A DNA stretch of 58,171 nucleotides from Chiloscyllium plagiosum (Eukaryota). The DNA lies in contig NC_057750.1 of the NCBI RefSeq assembly GCF_004010195.1, forward strand, positions 10,289,132 to 10,347,302, read 5' to 3'. Positions 11,590-25,358 of this stretch are shown piece by piece. The translations under genes were made by a program, and so were the position numbers. The stretch's first letter is position 1, and each line of letters opens with the position of its first letter. Below the pieces are notes generated by a model. That model searched no databases and was not told the origin of the DNA. It worked only from the letters and a program-made list of their open reading frames with translations.

Positions 11590-12112
11590 TGTTTATTCCA
11601 ACACTCACCCACATTCCACTCCCCACACACCCGAGGCTGCCTAAACCTCTCTTGTCCACATTCAAGTTTTCACCAAATCCCCACTCACCTGTCATTATCT
11701 TATTCTCACTGACCTGCATTGGCTGCTAGTTAAGCAAGGACATCAATCTTAAAACTCTTGCGTTCAAATCTTTCCGTGCCGTCACTCTTCCCTGTCTCTA
11801 TAGTCTCCTCCTGCTCCACAATCCTCCAAGTTGGTTTCCTCTTCCAATTCCGATATCTTAAGCCTCCCTGGTTTTAATCACTCCACAATTGGAGTCCGTG
11901 GCTTCAGCTACAAAGGCACTAAGCCCCAGTATTCTCTCTTCAGATCTCTCTCTCTTCATTTAAGATGTTTCTGAAAGCCTTCGTCTTTAGCCAGATGTCT
12001 GGTCCCCACCTTATCAGTTTCAGTGTCATGTTTTGTTTGACAGTGTTCCCATGAAGTATTTTCAGATTCTTCAAGACATTAAATTGCTATGTGAGTAGAA
12101 GTTGTTGTTGTT
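11590..12112 (+). mobile_element. Old L2-like LINE 3' fragment
   Basis: ctcactgacctgcattggct (L.DLHWL) motif and (gtt)n tail; a related copy lies at 44140-44489. Confidence 0.55.
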
Positions 12113-12302
12113 GAGGTTAACGTGTGCTGTTTTAGGATTGGTAAACAAAGCCAGTATAGTTTTCCATTTGAATTTGAGAATTAAGTTGGACATGTTTTGA
12201 GGTTTTGAGGAAGACGGTGTCATAGTGGTAAAGTCACTGGGTTAGATCTGAAACTAAATTCTAGGGACACGGGTTCAAATACCACCATGGCAAAATTGAA
12301 TT

Positions 12303-12885
12303 CGTATTGCATCCGCTGCACCCGATGTGGCCTCCTCTATATTGGGGAGACAGGCCGCCTACTTGCGGAACGTTTCTGGGACACCCGGACAAACCAACCC
12401 AACCACCGCGTGGCTCAACACTTCAACTCCCCCTCCCACTCTACCAAGGATATGCAGGTCCTTGGACTTCTCCATCGCCAGACCATAGCAACACGATGGT
12501 TGGAGGAAGAGCGCCTCATCTTCCGCCTAGGAACCCTCCAACCACAAGGGATGAACTCAGATTTCTCCAGTTTCCTCATTTCCCCTCCCCCCACCTTGTC
12601 TCAGTCAAATCCCTCGAACTCAGCACCGCCTTCCTAACCTGCAATCTTCTTCCTGACCTCTCCGCCCTCACCCCCACTCCGGCCTATCACCCTCACCTTG
12701 ACCTTCTTCCACCTATCGCATTTCCAACGCCCCTCCCCCAAGTCCCTCCTCCCTACCTTTTATCTTAGCCTGCTGGACACACTGTCCTCATTCCTGAAGA
12801 AGGGCTTATGCCCGAAACGTTGATTTTCCTGCTCCTTGGATGCTGCCTGACCTGCTGCGCTTTTCCAGCAACACATTTTCAGCTT
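12303..12885 (+). mobile_element. Penelope-like element (Neptune-like, family A): GIY-YIG endonuclease end and 3' repeat, inserted in a SINE
   Basis: YCIRCTRCGLLYIGETGR...HFNSPSH...EERLIFRLGTLQPQGMN; hammerhead core 12794-12821. Host SINE halves at ~12210-12302 and ~12886-13130. Confidence 0.85.
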
Positions 12886-13239
12886 CGTAAATTTGAAATC
12901 TACTCTCAGTGATGGTGGCTTGTGACAGTTCCCACTGATTGTTGTTCGAATACATCTGGGTCAATGATGCCTTTCAAGGAAGAAAATCTGATCTGGCCTA
13001 CATGTGACTCCAGACCCACAGCAATGTGATCGATGCTTAACTGCCTCTGAAATGGTCTTAGCAAGCCAGTCAGTTCAAGGTTAATTAGGGTAAGGCAACA
13101 AATGCTGGGCTTACCCATCAAACAATACATTGAACAAATTAATCTTGCGTATGTGGCTCGGTGTCATTGCAGAACGTGCAGTCACTCTTGGTATTTCCGA
13201 AATTGCATTCAATAAATCATGGCGGAAAACCGACAGAAG

Positions 13240-13410
13240 GGAAGAGCTTGATTTTCTAAAGCAACCTTCACAACCCCACCTCTGCACATTCCCAATTAGA
13301 GATGCAAGCACTATTCTAAGGCAGGGCACACAGCAGCCAATTTGCACACAGTAAGGTCCTGCAAACAGCAATGTGATAATGCCCAGATAATCTGTTTTAG
13401 CGATCTTGTC
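13240..13410 (-). mobile_element. DeuSINE (SacSINE1/AmnSINE1-like) remnant
   Basis: Reverse complement of the Deu-domain-like cagattatctgggcattatcacattgctgtttg...gtgcaaattggctgc. Confidence 0.6.
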
Positions 13411-14022
13411 ACAAATACATACCAATAAATTTTGACCCTAACACCTCACAGTGAAGTGACTGGATTTCTGAACTGACTTGATTCTCCTTCAGGAGAAATC
13501 ATTCCAGCTCTAAACTGAACTCTTGATTTATCTGAACAAAAGCTTTGAACCTTCAGTTCTGAAGTCAAAACTAAGCTAATTGCCTTAATGCATTTACTCT
13601 GACGATCATAAACCCCACACAGTAAACATTTTATCAAAATAGAGATCAAAATTGATTCATATAGTTTTAATGGCAGAAATCTGGGATTCTCTGTGCTTCC
13701 TCCATTCAGAGTTACAAATCGCACAACACCTGGTTATAGTCCAACAGGTTTATTTGGAAGCACTAACTTGCGGAACGCTGCTCCTTCATCAAGTAATTGT
13801 GTGACCCTTTTGGTCTGTAGATACCAAGCCATGTAGCAAATGCCATCCTGATGTGGAGGGAATTGTGGCAGGCACCTTCTGGGTAAACTGAAGTTTATGG
13901 AGATTAGGATATTTGGTGAGATACCGCTGATTGCGTTGGAGTTATCAGGTCTGGAGGTATTCTAGAAGGTTTCTGCAGCAGATGAACTGAGACAAGTTCA
14001 GACCATTTTCCGAGCTGCCATC

Positions 14023-14128
14023 AGTTCTGAGGAAGGGTCACTCGACCCGAAATGTTAATCCTGATTTCTTTCCACAGATGCTGCCAGACCTGCTGAACTT
14101 TTCCAGCAATTTCTGTACTTGTTTCAGA
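14023..14128 (+). mobile_element. Penelope-like terminal repeat (family C) with hammerhead core
   Basis: agtt-CTGAGGA-A-GGGTC-actc-GACCC-GAAA-TGTT-aat. Confidence 0.65.
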
Positions 14129-14196
14129 TCATACAATGTTGTGATGAGAAGTGCATAATATATTTTATTGTTTGTGGAAGCTGTATTTTAGAATTA

Positions 14197-14750
14197 TAGA
14201 GTCATAGAGATTTACAGCATGGAAACAGACCCTTCAGTCCAATTTGTCCATGCTGACCAGATATCCTAAATAAATTTAGGCCCATTTGCCAGCACTTAGC
14301 CCTCTAAACCCTTCATATTTATATACCCATTCAGATACCTTTTAAATGCTGTAATTGTATGAGACTCTACCACTCTCTTTGGTAGTTCATTCTATACACG
14401 CACCACCCTCTGCGTGAAAATGTTGCCCCTAAGATCCCTTTTAAATCTTTCCCCTCTCCTTAAACCTATGGCCTCTAATTTTGGATTCCCCACGCCAGGG
14501 GAAAGACCTTGTCTGTTTCTCCTATCCATGCCCCTCATGATTTTATAAACCTCGAGAACGTCACCCCTCAGCCTCCAATGCTCCAGGGAAAACAGCCCTA
14601 GCCTGTTCAGCCTCTCCCTATAGCTCAAATCCTCCAACTCTATCAACATCCTTGTAAACCTTTTCTGAACCCTTTCAAGTTTTACAATATCCTTCCTATA
14701 TCAAGGAGAGTGGAATATTCCAAAAGAGGCCTAACCAATGTCCTGTGGAG
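14197..14750 (-). mobile_element. HER1/CR1 LINE 3' fragment
   Basis: LSYRERLNRLGLFSLEHWRLRGDVLEVYKIMRGMDR on minus. Confidence 0.88.
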
Positions 14751-15869
14751 CCTTTTGTGTGGTAGGCTTCTGTTTTGTTGTTAAAACGCATCTGCAGTCT
14801 CACACGAATATGTTTGTCACTAACCTCCACATTAGCCAACTAAAGGAAAGGAAACTTATGAGCTGTCAAGCCAGGCTTTATACTGGGATCTGACTTGTCC
14901 AATGTTAAGCATTAGTTGGGATGATTACAATGAGATGGTGATGGGAAAGAAGATCTTCATGCTGTAAATGGGCAAAGACTTTTCAGCAACTGAGGAGTTG
15001 TGAATGGTACTAAATACTGTGCAACCATCAGTGGACATCCCTCGCTATGGCTTATGATGGGCGGGACGTTATTGCTAACTCCTAGTTAAAGTTGGGAAAA
15101 CTGGTCAGCAGGGTCTATTTCCGTGCTGTATTACACTATGACCATGACCCAGCTGAAGATGGCAAACAACCAAAACTATCTTCAATGTTGACAAGTGTGA
15201 CTCCAACCAATGGAGAGGCTGCCTATTCCCCTGCAGTGGAATCTCCAGCTTATGATCCTGGGATAGAGAGCACAAAAGGAGCACGATCCCATTAGAACCC
15301 TCCTCCTCGAAGCTAACTGAAGTGGTCACAGCTCAGACTTTGGTCGGGAGCGGCTAGCAGGTGCACAGTAAGATCCCACAGTCAGCACTGAGTGAAACAT
15401 GTCAGATTGCCAGGGAGACTGTCCTGCTATCGGCATTGAGTCATTGACAACACAGAATGAAGCCATTTAGCCCGTCGGGTCTATCCTAGCTCTCCATAGA
15501 CCAAACCCAATTCATCCCATTTCCTTGAACTGTCCACCCTCAAGGCCCCAAGAAGTTTATTTCCCCCCACCTCCGGAGTCCATCTAATTTCCTTCTAAAA
15601 TCAATCATAGCCTCCACCTCTGCCCCCCAACCGCAGCAGGGAGAATATGCTCAGGAACAGTTCTCCCTCACACTCTTGCAAGCCATCGCCCAGAGCGTCA
15701 ATCCCATGTCCAGCAACAAATGGGGAGAGATTTCTGTTCTCCACCTTATCTAGAGGTGTCAGACTCTTATGTACACCTCGATCAAATCTCCACTCAGCCT
15801 CCTCTGCTCAACCCCAGCTTCCACAATGCCATACAATTCCCGATTTTAGAGCCTTTCTGGCGAAGGTTG

Positions 15870-16832
15870 ACCCGGTTGAAGCCATCCTCATGGGTACCGA
15901 ACTTAGCTATCGGCCTCTGCTCAGCCACTTTGCATTGTTGCCTGTCCTGAAGTCCACCTTGGAGGATGGTCACCAATGGCTGAACAGAGGCTGATAGTCA
16001 AGTTCAATACCCTTGGGGGTGGCCTCAACCGAGACATTGCGTTCATGTCACACTACATGTGACCCCACGATACTATACACTCCCTCAAACACACACACTT
16101 ACATACTCACACTCTCATGCAGACCCTCTCTCATAAACGTACATATACACCCCCCACAGGCACCCACTCACAGGCTTAGACTCCATCACACTCAGACACA
16201 TACTTTACCAAGCTTGCACACAGACACGCACTCTCTCACATGCACTCACTCTCTCTCTCTCCTGCACATGCGCACACGGATAGGACTATGGGGTGAATTT
16301 GTACGTGCAGCCTTATATTTACAGATACATTCCATTTTGCTCAAAAAAATACCCAACCGGTAGGCAGTCAATGCAGACAGTCAATCCATATAATATTTTG
16401 TAAATTCCACTTTGGAAACAGAACCAGCCTGAGTCAAGATTGGGATACAGACAGACTCTGACCTCACACCTTTAATGCATTGTCTGAGCTGAGATGTCAC
16501 CTTTTTTCATAAACCCTTAGCTTATCTTGAGAACGTGACTTAAAAGAAGTTCTGGGACCTACGTGTGAATGAACCAAAACCTGTAACCCATTCTAAAAGA
16601 TGAAAGACTTAATAACAATCGAGGTTTGTTAAATGTATCATTTTTCTTGCATGATACTATAATCTTTTGCTATAAATTCTGTGTCTTATGCTTCTCGTGA
16701 TTCACAACCACTTGGTGAAGGAGCAGTGCTCTGAAAGCTAGTGCTTCCAAATACACCTGTTGGGCAGTAACCTGGTGTTGTATGACTTTTAACTTTTCCA
16801 TCCGAGTCCAACACCAGCTCCTCCACATCTTA
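15870..16832. mobile_element. Penelope-like family B: inverted endonuclease C-terminal piece joined to a plus-strand 3' region
   Basis: Minus VTILQGGLQDRQQCKVAEQRPIAKFGTHEDGFNR; plus EQRLIVKFNTLGGGLNRDIAFMSHY; degenerate hammerhead 16709-16743. Confidence 0.7.
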
Positions 16833-16924
16833 AAAAAAACAAAGACCTCCCCACACACAGTGAAGCACTTGACACATCAAGCAGCTGAGGTACTTTAATC
16901 CCCGTGGCAACCCTGGCTATTCAT

Positions 16925-18278
16925 ACAGAGCTTCTAGTGCTGACCGTGTCTACAACAGAGCTTCCAGAGCTTCTAGTGCTGACCGTGTCTACAACAGAGC
17001 TTCTAGTGCTGACCGTGTCTACAACAGAACTTCTAGTGCTGACCGTGTCAACAACAGAGCTTCGAGTGCTGACCGTGTCTACAATATAGCTTCGAGTGCT
17101 GACCGTGTCTACAACAGAGCTCCAAGTGCTGACCCTGTCTACAATAGAGCTTCTAGTGCTGATCCTGTCTACTACAGAGTTTCTAGTGCAGACCCTATCT
17201 ACAAAGAGCTTCTANNNNNNNNNNNNNNNNNNNNNNNNNNNNNNNNNNNNNNNNNNNNNNNNNNNNNNNNNNNNNNNNNNNNNNNNNNNNNNNNNNNNNN
17301 NNNNNNNNNNNNNNNNNNNNNNNNNNNNNNNNNNNNNNNNNNNNNNNNNNNNNNNNNNNNNNNNNNNNNNNNNNNNNNNNNNNNNNNNNNNNNNNNNNNN
17401 NNNNNNNNNNNNNNNNNNNNNNNNNNNNNNNNNNNNNNNNNNNNNNNNNNNNNNNNNNNNNNNNNNNNNNNNNNNNNNNNNNNNNNNNNNNNNNNNNNNN
17501 NNNNNNNNNNNNNNNNNNNNNNNNNNNNNNNNNNNNNNNNNNNNNNNNNNNNNNNNNNNNNNNNNNNNNNNNNNNNNNNNNNNNNNNNNNNNNNNNNNNN
17601 NNNNNNNNNNNNNNNNNNNNNNNNNNNNNNNNNNNNNNNNNNNNNNNNNNNNNNNNNNNNNNNNNNNNNNNNNNNNNNNNNNNNNNNNNNNNNNNNNNNN
17701 NNNNNNNNNNNNNNNNNNNNNNNNNNNNNNNNNNNNNNNNNNNNNNNNNNNNNNNNNNNNNNNNNNNNNNNNNNNNNNNNNNNNNNNNNNNNNNNNNNNN
17801 NNNNNNNNNNNNNNNNNNNTGCTGACTCCGTCTACAACAGAGTTTCTAGTGCTGACTCTGTCTACAGCAGAACTTCTAGTGCTGACCCTGTCTACAACAG
17901 AGCTTCCAGTGCTGACCCTGTCTACAATAGAGCTTCTAGTGCTGATCCTGTCTACTACAGAGTTTCTAGTGCAGACCCTATCTACAACAGAGCTTCTAGT
18001 GCTGACCCGGTCTACTACAGAGTTTCTAGTGCAGACCCTGTCTACAACAGAGCTTCTAGTGCAGACCCTGTCTACAACAGACGATCTAGCGCGGACACTG
18101 TATACTACAGAGTTTCTAGTGCAGACCCTGTCTACAACAGAGCTTCCAGTGCTGACCCTGTCTACAATAGAGCTTCTTGTGCTGACCCTGTCTACATCAG
18201 AACTTCTAATGCTGACTCCGTCTACAACAGAGCTTCTAGTGCTGACCCTGTATACTACAGAGCTTCTAGTGCGGACCC
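16925..18278. repeat. 30-bp minisatellite (acagagcttctagtgctgaccctgtctaca), split by an assembly gap
   Basis: Direct tandem units on both sides of the N run 17215-17819; a second gap follows at 18279-18778. Confidence 0.95.
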
Positions 18279-19029
18279 NNNNNNNNNNNNNNNNNNNNNN
18301 NNNNNNNNNNNNNNNNNNNNNNNNNNNNNNNNNNNNNNNNNNNNNNNNNNNNNNNNNNNNNNNNNNNNNNNNNNNNNNNNNNNNNNNNNNNNNNNNNNNN
18401 NNNNNNNNNNNNNNNNNNNNNNNNNNNNNNNNNNNNNNNNNNNNNNNNNNNNNNNNNNNNNNNNNNNNNNNNNNNNNNNNNNNNNNNNNNNNNNNNNNNN
18501 NNNNNNNNNNNNNNNNNNNNNNNNNNNNNNNNNNNNNNNNNNNNNNNNNNNNNNNNNNNNNNNNNNNNNNNNNNNNNNNNNNNNNNNNNNNNNNNNNNNN
18601 NNNNNNNNNNNNNNNNNNNNNNNNNNNNNNNNNNNNNNNNNNNNNNNNNNNNNNNNNNNNNNNNNNNNNNNNNNNNNNNNNNNNNNNNNNNNNNNNNNNN
18701 NNNNNNNNNNNNNNNNNNNNNNNNNNNNNNNNNNNNNNNNNNNNNNNNNNNNNNNNNNNNNNNNNNNNNNNNNNNNNNACTAGACACAGCCGAGGCTGTT
18801 AAATCATCTGTTTATTTTCGATGTTATTTAATTTTATTCATCGGGTTGCTCGATGTTTTTTAACTCTTCGTATCTATGGAGATTTGGGCGGATTGTTTAG
18901 CCACGATATGCTCTTTTGAATTTCCTATCTGCATTATTTTTAAGGCCAAGGGTCAGAGTCGAAAGGGTTGGAAATGTCTGAAGTGTGGAAAGTGTCGAAG
19001 TTTTCAAGGTAGCAATGGGAATTTATTGG

Positions 19030-19605
19030 CCAGTTACATTGAGTATAGGAGTTGGGATGTCATGTTGCAACTCTACAGGACTTTGTTTAGGCCACTTTTG
19101 GAATACTGCATTCAGTTCTGCTCTCCCTGCTAGAGGAAAGACGTTGTCAAACTTGAAAGGGTGCAAAAAAGCTTTACAAGGATGTTGCCGGGTTGGAAAG
19201 TTTGAGCTATTGGAAGAGGCTGAATAGGTTGGAGCTATTTTCCCTGGAACTTTGGATGTTGAGGGGGGACCTTATAGAGGGCAAGGTCTTTATCTCAGGG
19301 TGGGAGAGTCCAGAACTAGAGGGCATAGGTTTAGGGTTAGAGGTGAAAGATATAAAAGAGACCTAAGGGGCAACTTTTTCACGCAGAGGGTGATACGTGT
19401 ATGGAATGAGCTGCCAGAGGAAGTGGTGGAGGCTGGTACAATTATAGCATTTAAAAAGCATCTAGATGGGTATATAGATGGAAGGGTTTAGAGGGATAAG
19501 GGCAAAGTGCTGGCAAATGGGACTAGATTAGGTTAGGATATCTGGTCGGCATGGACGAGTTGGAACGAAGGGTCTGTTTCTCTGCTGTAAATCCCTATGA
19601 ATCTA
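19030..19605 (+). mobile_element. HER1/CR1 LINE 3' fragment
   Basis: LYRTLFRPLLEYCIQF...RDLRGNFFTQRVIRVWNELPEEVV. Confidence 0.88.
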
Positions 19606-19744
19606 ATTGATGGACTGAGAGAATTCATGTTTGCTGGTTGCGGAGTTTGCTGGTTGCGGAGGCAGAGGCAGGAAGGAAACTTAATTTGTTGAGATAATGA
19701 TAGACCTAAATGTGGTGCCTTCTCATATCCAGATAAATTAAGTT

Positions 19745-20065
19745 TCTGTTTTGTTTATTGACGGATTGTGAGCATTCCTGGTTCGACCAACATTTATTTC
19801 CCATATTGGGGTATGAGGGTTGAGAGGCTGTGGGTCTGGAGATACATGTAGGCCACATCAGATTTCCTTCCCTAAAGGGTATTAGTGAACCAGAGGAGAC
19901 TTTTATGACCACTGACTGGTTCCAATGAGGCTAGTTTTCTTTTCAATTGACTTCAAATTTTAACCATCCGTCATGGTGGAATTCAAACTCATGCCCCCCA
20001 GAATATTAGCCTGCTGTTCTGGATGACTAGTCCAGTGACACTACCACTGCACCACTGCCTCCCCT
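19745..20065 (-). mobile_element. Second tRNA-derived SINE family (ttcactaat..cctttagggaaggaaatctg core)
   Basis: Same head, core and tail as copies at ~23035-23320, 28325-28655, 32040-32370, 33465-34008, 36670-37200 and 40190-40390. Confidence 0.65.
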
Positions 20066-20769
20066 TGGTCAGGAAGGCCCTGAGCTCCATTCACAAGGTG
20101 AGGATACCTGAATGGTCAACTATTGACCACCTTCGTCCGTGTGTCCCCTTGAGTGGCAATGATCTCAGTTTCAGGCAGGACAGGAAAGACGTGGCCCAAC
20201 TGGCTGGTCAAACCGGGGCTGGATAGGCTTCGGTTTGGGATGGTGAGGGGTTGGGAAGGTGGGTGGGGAGCAAGTCCCTTCATCTGCACCAGTCTGTGCC
20301 CGGTGGGCATTGGATATGGTCACTGAGAGCTACCACCATGTTTTGTATTTGATCCTCATGCCTCCTTTAACCCTCTCTTCATGACCCCCATCCATCTAAT
20401 TCCTCCCCAAACAGTTTTATTTTCCAGCGTTGTTGATGCTCCATTGGGAATATGGGGGTGGGGATGGGGTAGTGGGGGATGGGTTGTACTGGTGCCAGCC
20501 ACAGCTTCCTCCACAGTCCAACCCTCTGTCCCCTCAATGAATGAGGGTCTTACTTGCTCCATTGTCAACCTCCAATCCCCCACCCCATCAGCCCCACTCC
20601 AATCCAAACCTCAGATTGCTATCATGTCCTGGCAGTCTGTGGGTTATCTCTCCTGCAATGGGGCAATAGGTTCCTCAGACAAGGGAGCATAGCCTCAATC
20701 CTAGACCCAAACCTTTCAGTGAAATCAGGAAGCCTGCAGATTCAGGTAGACAGTGAAGGGCCGGAGGAG

Positions 20770-21240
20770 AGATCAGATTGTAAGTTTGCTTGCTGAGTTG
20801 GCAGGTTCGTTTTCAGATGTTTCATCACCACGCTAGGTAACATCGTCAGTGAGCCTCTGGTGAGGTGCTGGCACTCTGTCCCACTTTCTATTTATGTGAC
20901 TTGGTCTGTTAATTTGGGAGATATCATTTCTGGTTCTTTTTCCGAGATTGGTAATTGGGGTCCAAATCGTTGAATTTATTGATGGAGTTCCAGTTTGAAT
21001 GCCAGGCCTCTAGGAATTCCTGTGCGTGTCCCTGCTTTGCCTGTCCTAGGATGGATGTGTTGTCCCAGTCGAAGTGGTGTCCTTCTTCATCTGTATGTAA
21101 GGATTGTAGTGATAGTGGGTCACGTCTTTTGATGGCTAGTTGGTGTTCGTGTATCCTGGTGGCCAATTTCTGCCTGTCTGTCTGGGATCGTGTTTGTTAC
21201 AGTCCTTGCATGATATTTTGTAAATGACATTCATTTTACT
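20770..21240 (-). mobile_element. Penelope/Poseidon-like element, GIY-YIG fragment and 3' repeat
   Basis: ATRIHEHQLAIKRRDPLS...HHFDWDNTSILGQAKQGHAQEFLEAWHSN; hammerhead core 20813-20852. Confidence 0.82.
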
Positions 21241-21594
21241 GGTTGTTGGTACAAGCTCCTTTAGGAGAGATATTGGAGGACTTGGGACACTATGAGCCTA
21301 TTGACAGAATGAACCCAGGATCCTGGTGCCATTTTTAATCATTCCTTTTGCTTCAAAAACAAGTTCTGTGTTCTGTTGTCCCTCAGCATCCTTACTCATG
21401 GCAAGATCCTGCTCACAGAATCTTTTAACGCAGGAGGTGGTGCTGTTCCAGTACAATTACCAAGCAGATTAGATATTCCCTCTTCTTGGCCCAGGCACGT
21501 CAGAGACATCTATAAATTAATATGCATATGTTTGGCTGATTTCTGTGCCCATCCGTTCTTAAAGTGTAAAAACACAATCTAAAGGAGGAATAAA

Positions 21595-21790
21595 ATCAGA
21601 AATTTCCGGAGAAACGCAGCAGGCCTGGCAGTGTCTGTGGAGAGAAAGCAGAGTTAACGTTTCCGGTCCAGTGACCCTCCTTCAGAAGGGACTGAAGTTC
21701 TGAAGAAGTGTCACTGGGCCCGAAATGTTAATTCTGCTTTCTCTCCGCAGACGCTGCCAGACCTGCTGAGTTTCTCTGGAAATTTCTGGT
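21595..21790. mobile_element. Fold-back pair of family C Penelope-like terminal repeats
   Basis: ~90-bp inverted arms with divergent hammerhead cores at 21651-21688 (minus) and 21696-21733 (plus). Confidence 0.7.
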
Positions 21791-22015
21791 TTACAGCATC
21801 TGCTGCTCTTTGTTTGTTTGTTTTATCTTAAAGGAGGAGTTGGGCATATCACTTGAGGCTTAGAAGGGTGATAGATTATGGGGGGGGATATCAGGAACAG
21901 GCTGTTGAATCAGGTGATCAGTCATGGATGTGACAAATGGCGGACCAGGCTCAGAGGGTTAAATGACCTCCTCTTGCTCCTGGTTTCCATGTATCTATAT
22001 AAGTGGGAAGTTATA

Positions 22016-22528
22016 CACTCTCAGACAACAACTCACCAGAACGAAGGACCCGATACCCAGCATGAGCAAAACCAATGTAGTGTACAAAATCCCATGCAAG
22101 GACTGCACAAAACACTATATAGGACAAACAGGAAGACAGCTAACGATCCGTATCCATGAACACCAACTAGCCACGAAACGACACGACCAGCTATCCTTAG
22201 TAGCCACACAGGCAGATGACAAGCAACATGAATTCGACTGGGACAACACTACTATTATAGGACAAGCCAAACGGAGAACAGCCAGGGAATTTCTAGAGGC
22301 ATGGCACTCATCCACAGATTCAATCAATAAGCACTTCGACCTGGACCCAATATACCGGCCACTGCAACGGACAGCTGGAACTGACAACCGGAAGTGACAG
22401 ATTCAAACCACTATAAATGCCGGAGGAAAGATCACAGAAGCGCTTCACAAGCACTGAGGATGTCACCTAGACAGGGGACGAAACATCTGCAACACAAATT
22501 CCCAGCTCGGCGAACAGAACCACAACAC
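22016..22528 (+). mobile_element. Penelope/Poseidon-like element (family D), GIY-YIG endonuclease and 3' repeat
   Basis: NVVYKIPCKDCTKHYIGQTGRQLTIRIHEH...AREFLEAWHS...INKHFDLDPIY; hammerhead 22451-22490. Confidence 0.88.
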
Positions 22529-23634
22529 TGTGTAAGTGGGACTCAAACCCAGAGGATGCAAGTCGTTAGAAAGCCTCAACAGTGGAGGGGCTGTGGTATA
22601 GGTCTTTAGCTACTCCCATTTTCAGAACAACTGAGCTATTCTGGAAATACACACCAGCTGTAGCGAGCTTGAGGCTCAGAGCTATGTGGCCTTTGGGAAT
22701 GAATTCATCACAACACACACAGCGTGTCTACAGCCACCACAAGTATCATTGTAACTTGAGCCGCTGTGACTCAGAAGCTGCTCAAGCCCATTCTATAATT
22801 AATAAAACATTTTTGCCAAGCTTCTCATATTCCAGGCACTCACCGCAACAGCAACATTGAAACACATAATGGTTCCCATGTGCTTCGCTGTCTGTTTACT
22901 AATCAGGACAGACTTCTTGTATTTTGTTGCTCCTTATCTACTGTTTGCGGTGCTATTCCTTTAGAGGCCTTGACTGATCCTCTGGGGATATGGTACTGAA
23001 TTCCGTCACCCACTGGGGAATGTTATTGCAAAGAACGAGATAAACCTGGCATTAAAAAGCTTGTTTCAGTAAAGATTAGAAACAGAGTCATGAATTGTTG
23101 TTAAAAACTCATCTGTGTCACTATTGTCCTTCAGGGAGGGAAATCTGCCATTCTTACCTGGTCTGGCCTGTGAGTTGAACTCTCTCCCCAGCTGCACTGT
23201 GTCTCTGTCTACCCCAAATGTTAGTTCAGATAGGCAGCCCATCATCATCATCTCAAGGGCAACTGTAGCTAGGTAGTAAATGTTAGGCAAGGCAGCAATG
23301 CCCATGTCCGGCGAATGAATAATTTTAACTCCAGACCCACAGTAAGGGGTTGGCTCTGAAGCTTTCTATCAAATGGCCTGGCAAGCCCCTCAGCGACAGC
23401 TCACATTGTGAATTCACCCCCGAAGAATAATTGCCGTGGAGAATCCTGCATATGTTGATTTCTGCTGGAACTGTTTGGGTAGGTTCGCCGGTGCCAAACT
23501 TTCTTGCCCACATCAGTCTGGGCTACACATGCCATGTGGGGGAGGATGCCCACACACAACTTTTTCAGCTCATTCCTGATGAACAATAAATAGCTTTATC
23601 GCATGTTACTTTGTCGCTAGATACATTATATTCC

Positions 23635-23905
23635 AAGGCAAGAGTGAGGACTGCAGGTGCTGGAAACCAGAGTTTAGATCAGAGTGTTGCTGGAAAAGCA
23701 CAGCAGGTCAGGCAGCATCCGGTGTGGGAAGGGAGCAAAGAGTACAATAGGTGAATGGGGTGGGGATGGAGGTGATAGGTCAGAGAGGAGGGTGGAGTGG
23801 ATAGGTGGGAAGGGAGATTGGCAGGTAGGACAGGTCATAAGCTGAGCTGGAAGGTTGGAACTGGGGTAAGGTGGGGGGAGGGGAAATGAGGAAACTGGTG
23901 AGGTC
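23635..23905 (-). mobile_element. Penelope-like family A 3' fragment with 11-bp TSD
   Basis: cattatattcc at 23624-23634 and 23906-23916. Confidence 0.7.
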
Positions 23906-24521
23906 CATTATATTCCCAATATAAGACACATGACTGTCCCTAGTAAGACTACCAGCGTCAATTCAAGATTAAGTACACATTACTTTAGTTGCGTGTTGTT
24001 AACACTTAGGGCAAACACTGAAGTATGATGTATATTGTGGTGAACATATGCACACACAACTCTGATTAGTTCCTCCTTTACATCCTGATAGACGAAGGTT
24101 ATTTTGTGATGCCAGTTAACCCTTACAGGTACTAACTGTCTTATACAACACTTACTCCCATGCTTTCTCCTTTCTGTTTATTTTTTAAAAAATTATTTGT
24201 ACAATTGTTTCAATAAGTTAAGTAGCTCTATCGCTACTCCATCTCCCCTTGAGTCTCTGACTTCATAAATGTCTGACAACTTGGTTGGGTCTGTTGCTGG
24301 AGGACGAAACATTCATGTACAGCACATTGCGATCCCGGAGGCTTGGTGGATGTTTGGTTTCCTGAATGTCCTTTGCAGAAGATTGAATATCTTCATTGGT
24401 GAAATCTTAATTTTTCAGATACTCTTGACCAATGATTGCCTCTGGTACGAGGTGGAACTGCATCTGATCCTTCCATTCTTGCTCATATTCCAATGGATTC
24501 ATCAGATTCAGCCTTTGACAG

Positions 24522-24905
24522 GATTTGATTTATTGTTGTCTCATGTACCTCGGTACTGTGAAGAGTTCTGTTTTGTTGAGGCAGATCATACTATACAAAG
24601 TGCATTAGGGTAATCAAACAGGGTGAGGAACACAATGTTACGGCTGCAGAGAAGATGCACCAAGAGCGAAATCAACACTAAATTTGAAATTTGAGAGGTC
24701 CATTCAGAAATCTAATAACAGTGGGAAAGAAGCTGCCCTTGAATTTGTTGGTACATGTGTTTAAGTTTCTGTATTTTCTACCTGATGGAAGAGGATGGAA
24801 GGACGATAACCAGGGTGGAAGGGATCCCATTAATGATGCTGGCTGCCTTCCTGAGGCAGAGGGAAATATAGATGAAGTCAATGGATGGAAGATGGGCTTG
24901 CATAT
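24522..24905 (-). mobile_element. Rex1/Babar-type LINE 3' end
   Basis: LPSGRKYRNLNTCTNKFKGSFFPTVIRFLN; aataaatcaaatc tail. Confidence 0.7.
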
Positions 24906-24964
24906 ATAGCTGTTTCTTAGAAATGACTGAATTTAGTGTCTACTGCCAAACCCTTACCACCTGA

Positions 24965-25358
24965 CACCTGGAGGAAGATCGCCTCATCTTCTGCCTTGTG
25001 ACCCTCCAACCACACAAGATCAATGTGGATTTCAGCAGTTGCCCTCTCCCCACCTTATCCAAGATCCATTTTCCAACTCGGCACCACCCTCTTGAACTGT
25101 CCTACTTGTCCATCTTCCTTCCCACCTATCCGCTCCACCCTCCTCTCCACCCTATCACCTTCATCCCCGACATCATCTACCTATCACATTCTCAGTTACC
25201 TTCCACCCAGCCCCACCCCTCCTCCCACTTATCTCTCAGCCCCCTTGGGCCAATCCCTCAGTCCCAATGAAGAGCTTAAACTCGAAACGTCAATTCTCCT
25301 GGTCTTCGAATGCTGCCTGAGCGGCTGTGCTTTTCCCGCACCTTGAGTCTTCGACTCT
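24965..25358 (+). mobile_element. Penelope-like family A 3' fragment
   Basis: LEEDRLIFCLVTLQPHKINVDF followed by a pyrimidine-rich region and terminal repeat. Confidence 0.72.

Noticed and set aside
16925..18278. CRISPR-like appearance of the regular repeats (also 32661-32956)
   Set aside because: Units are directly adjacent with no unique spacers, there are no cas genes, and the context is vertebrate.
17096..18802. 568-aa ORF with LTLSTTELLV repeats
   Set aside because: Product of a 30-bp minisatellite (a multiple of 3) plus two N gaps; no splice or promoter support.
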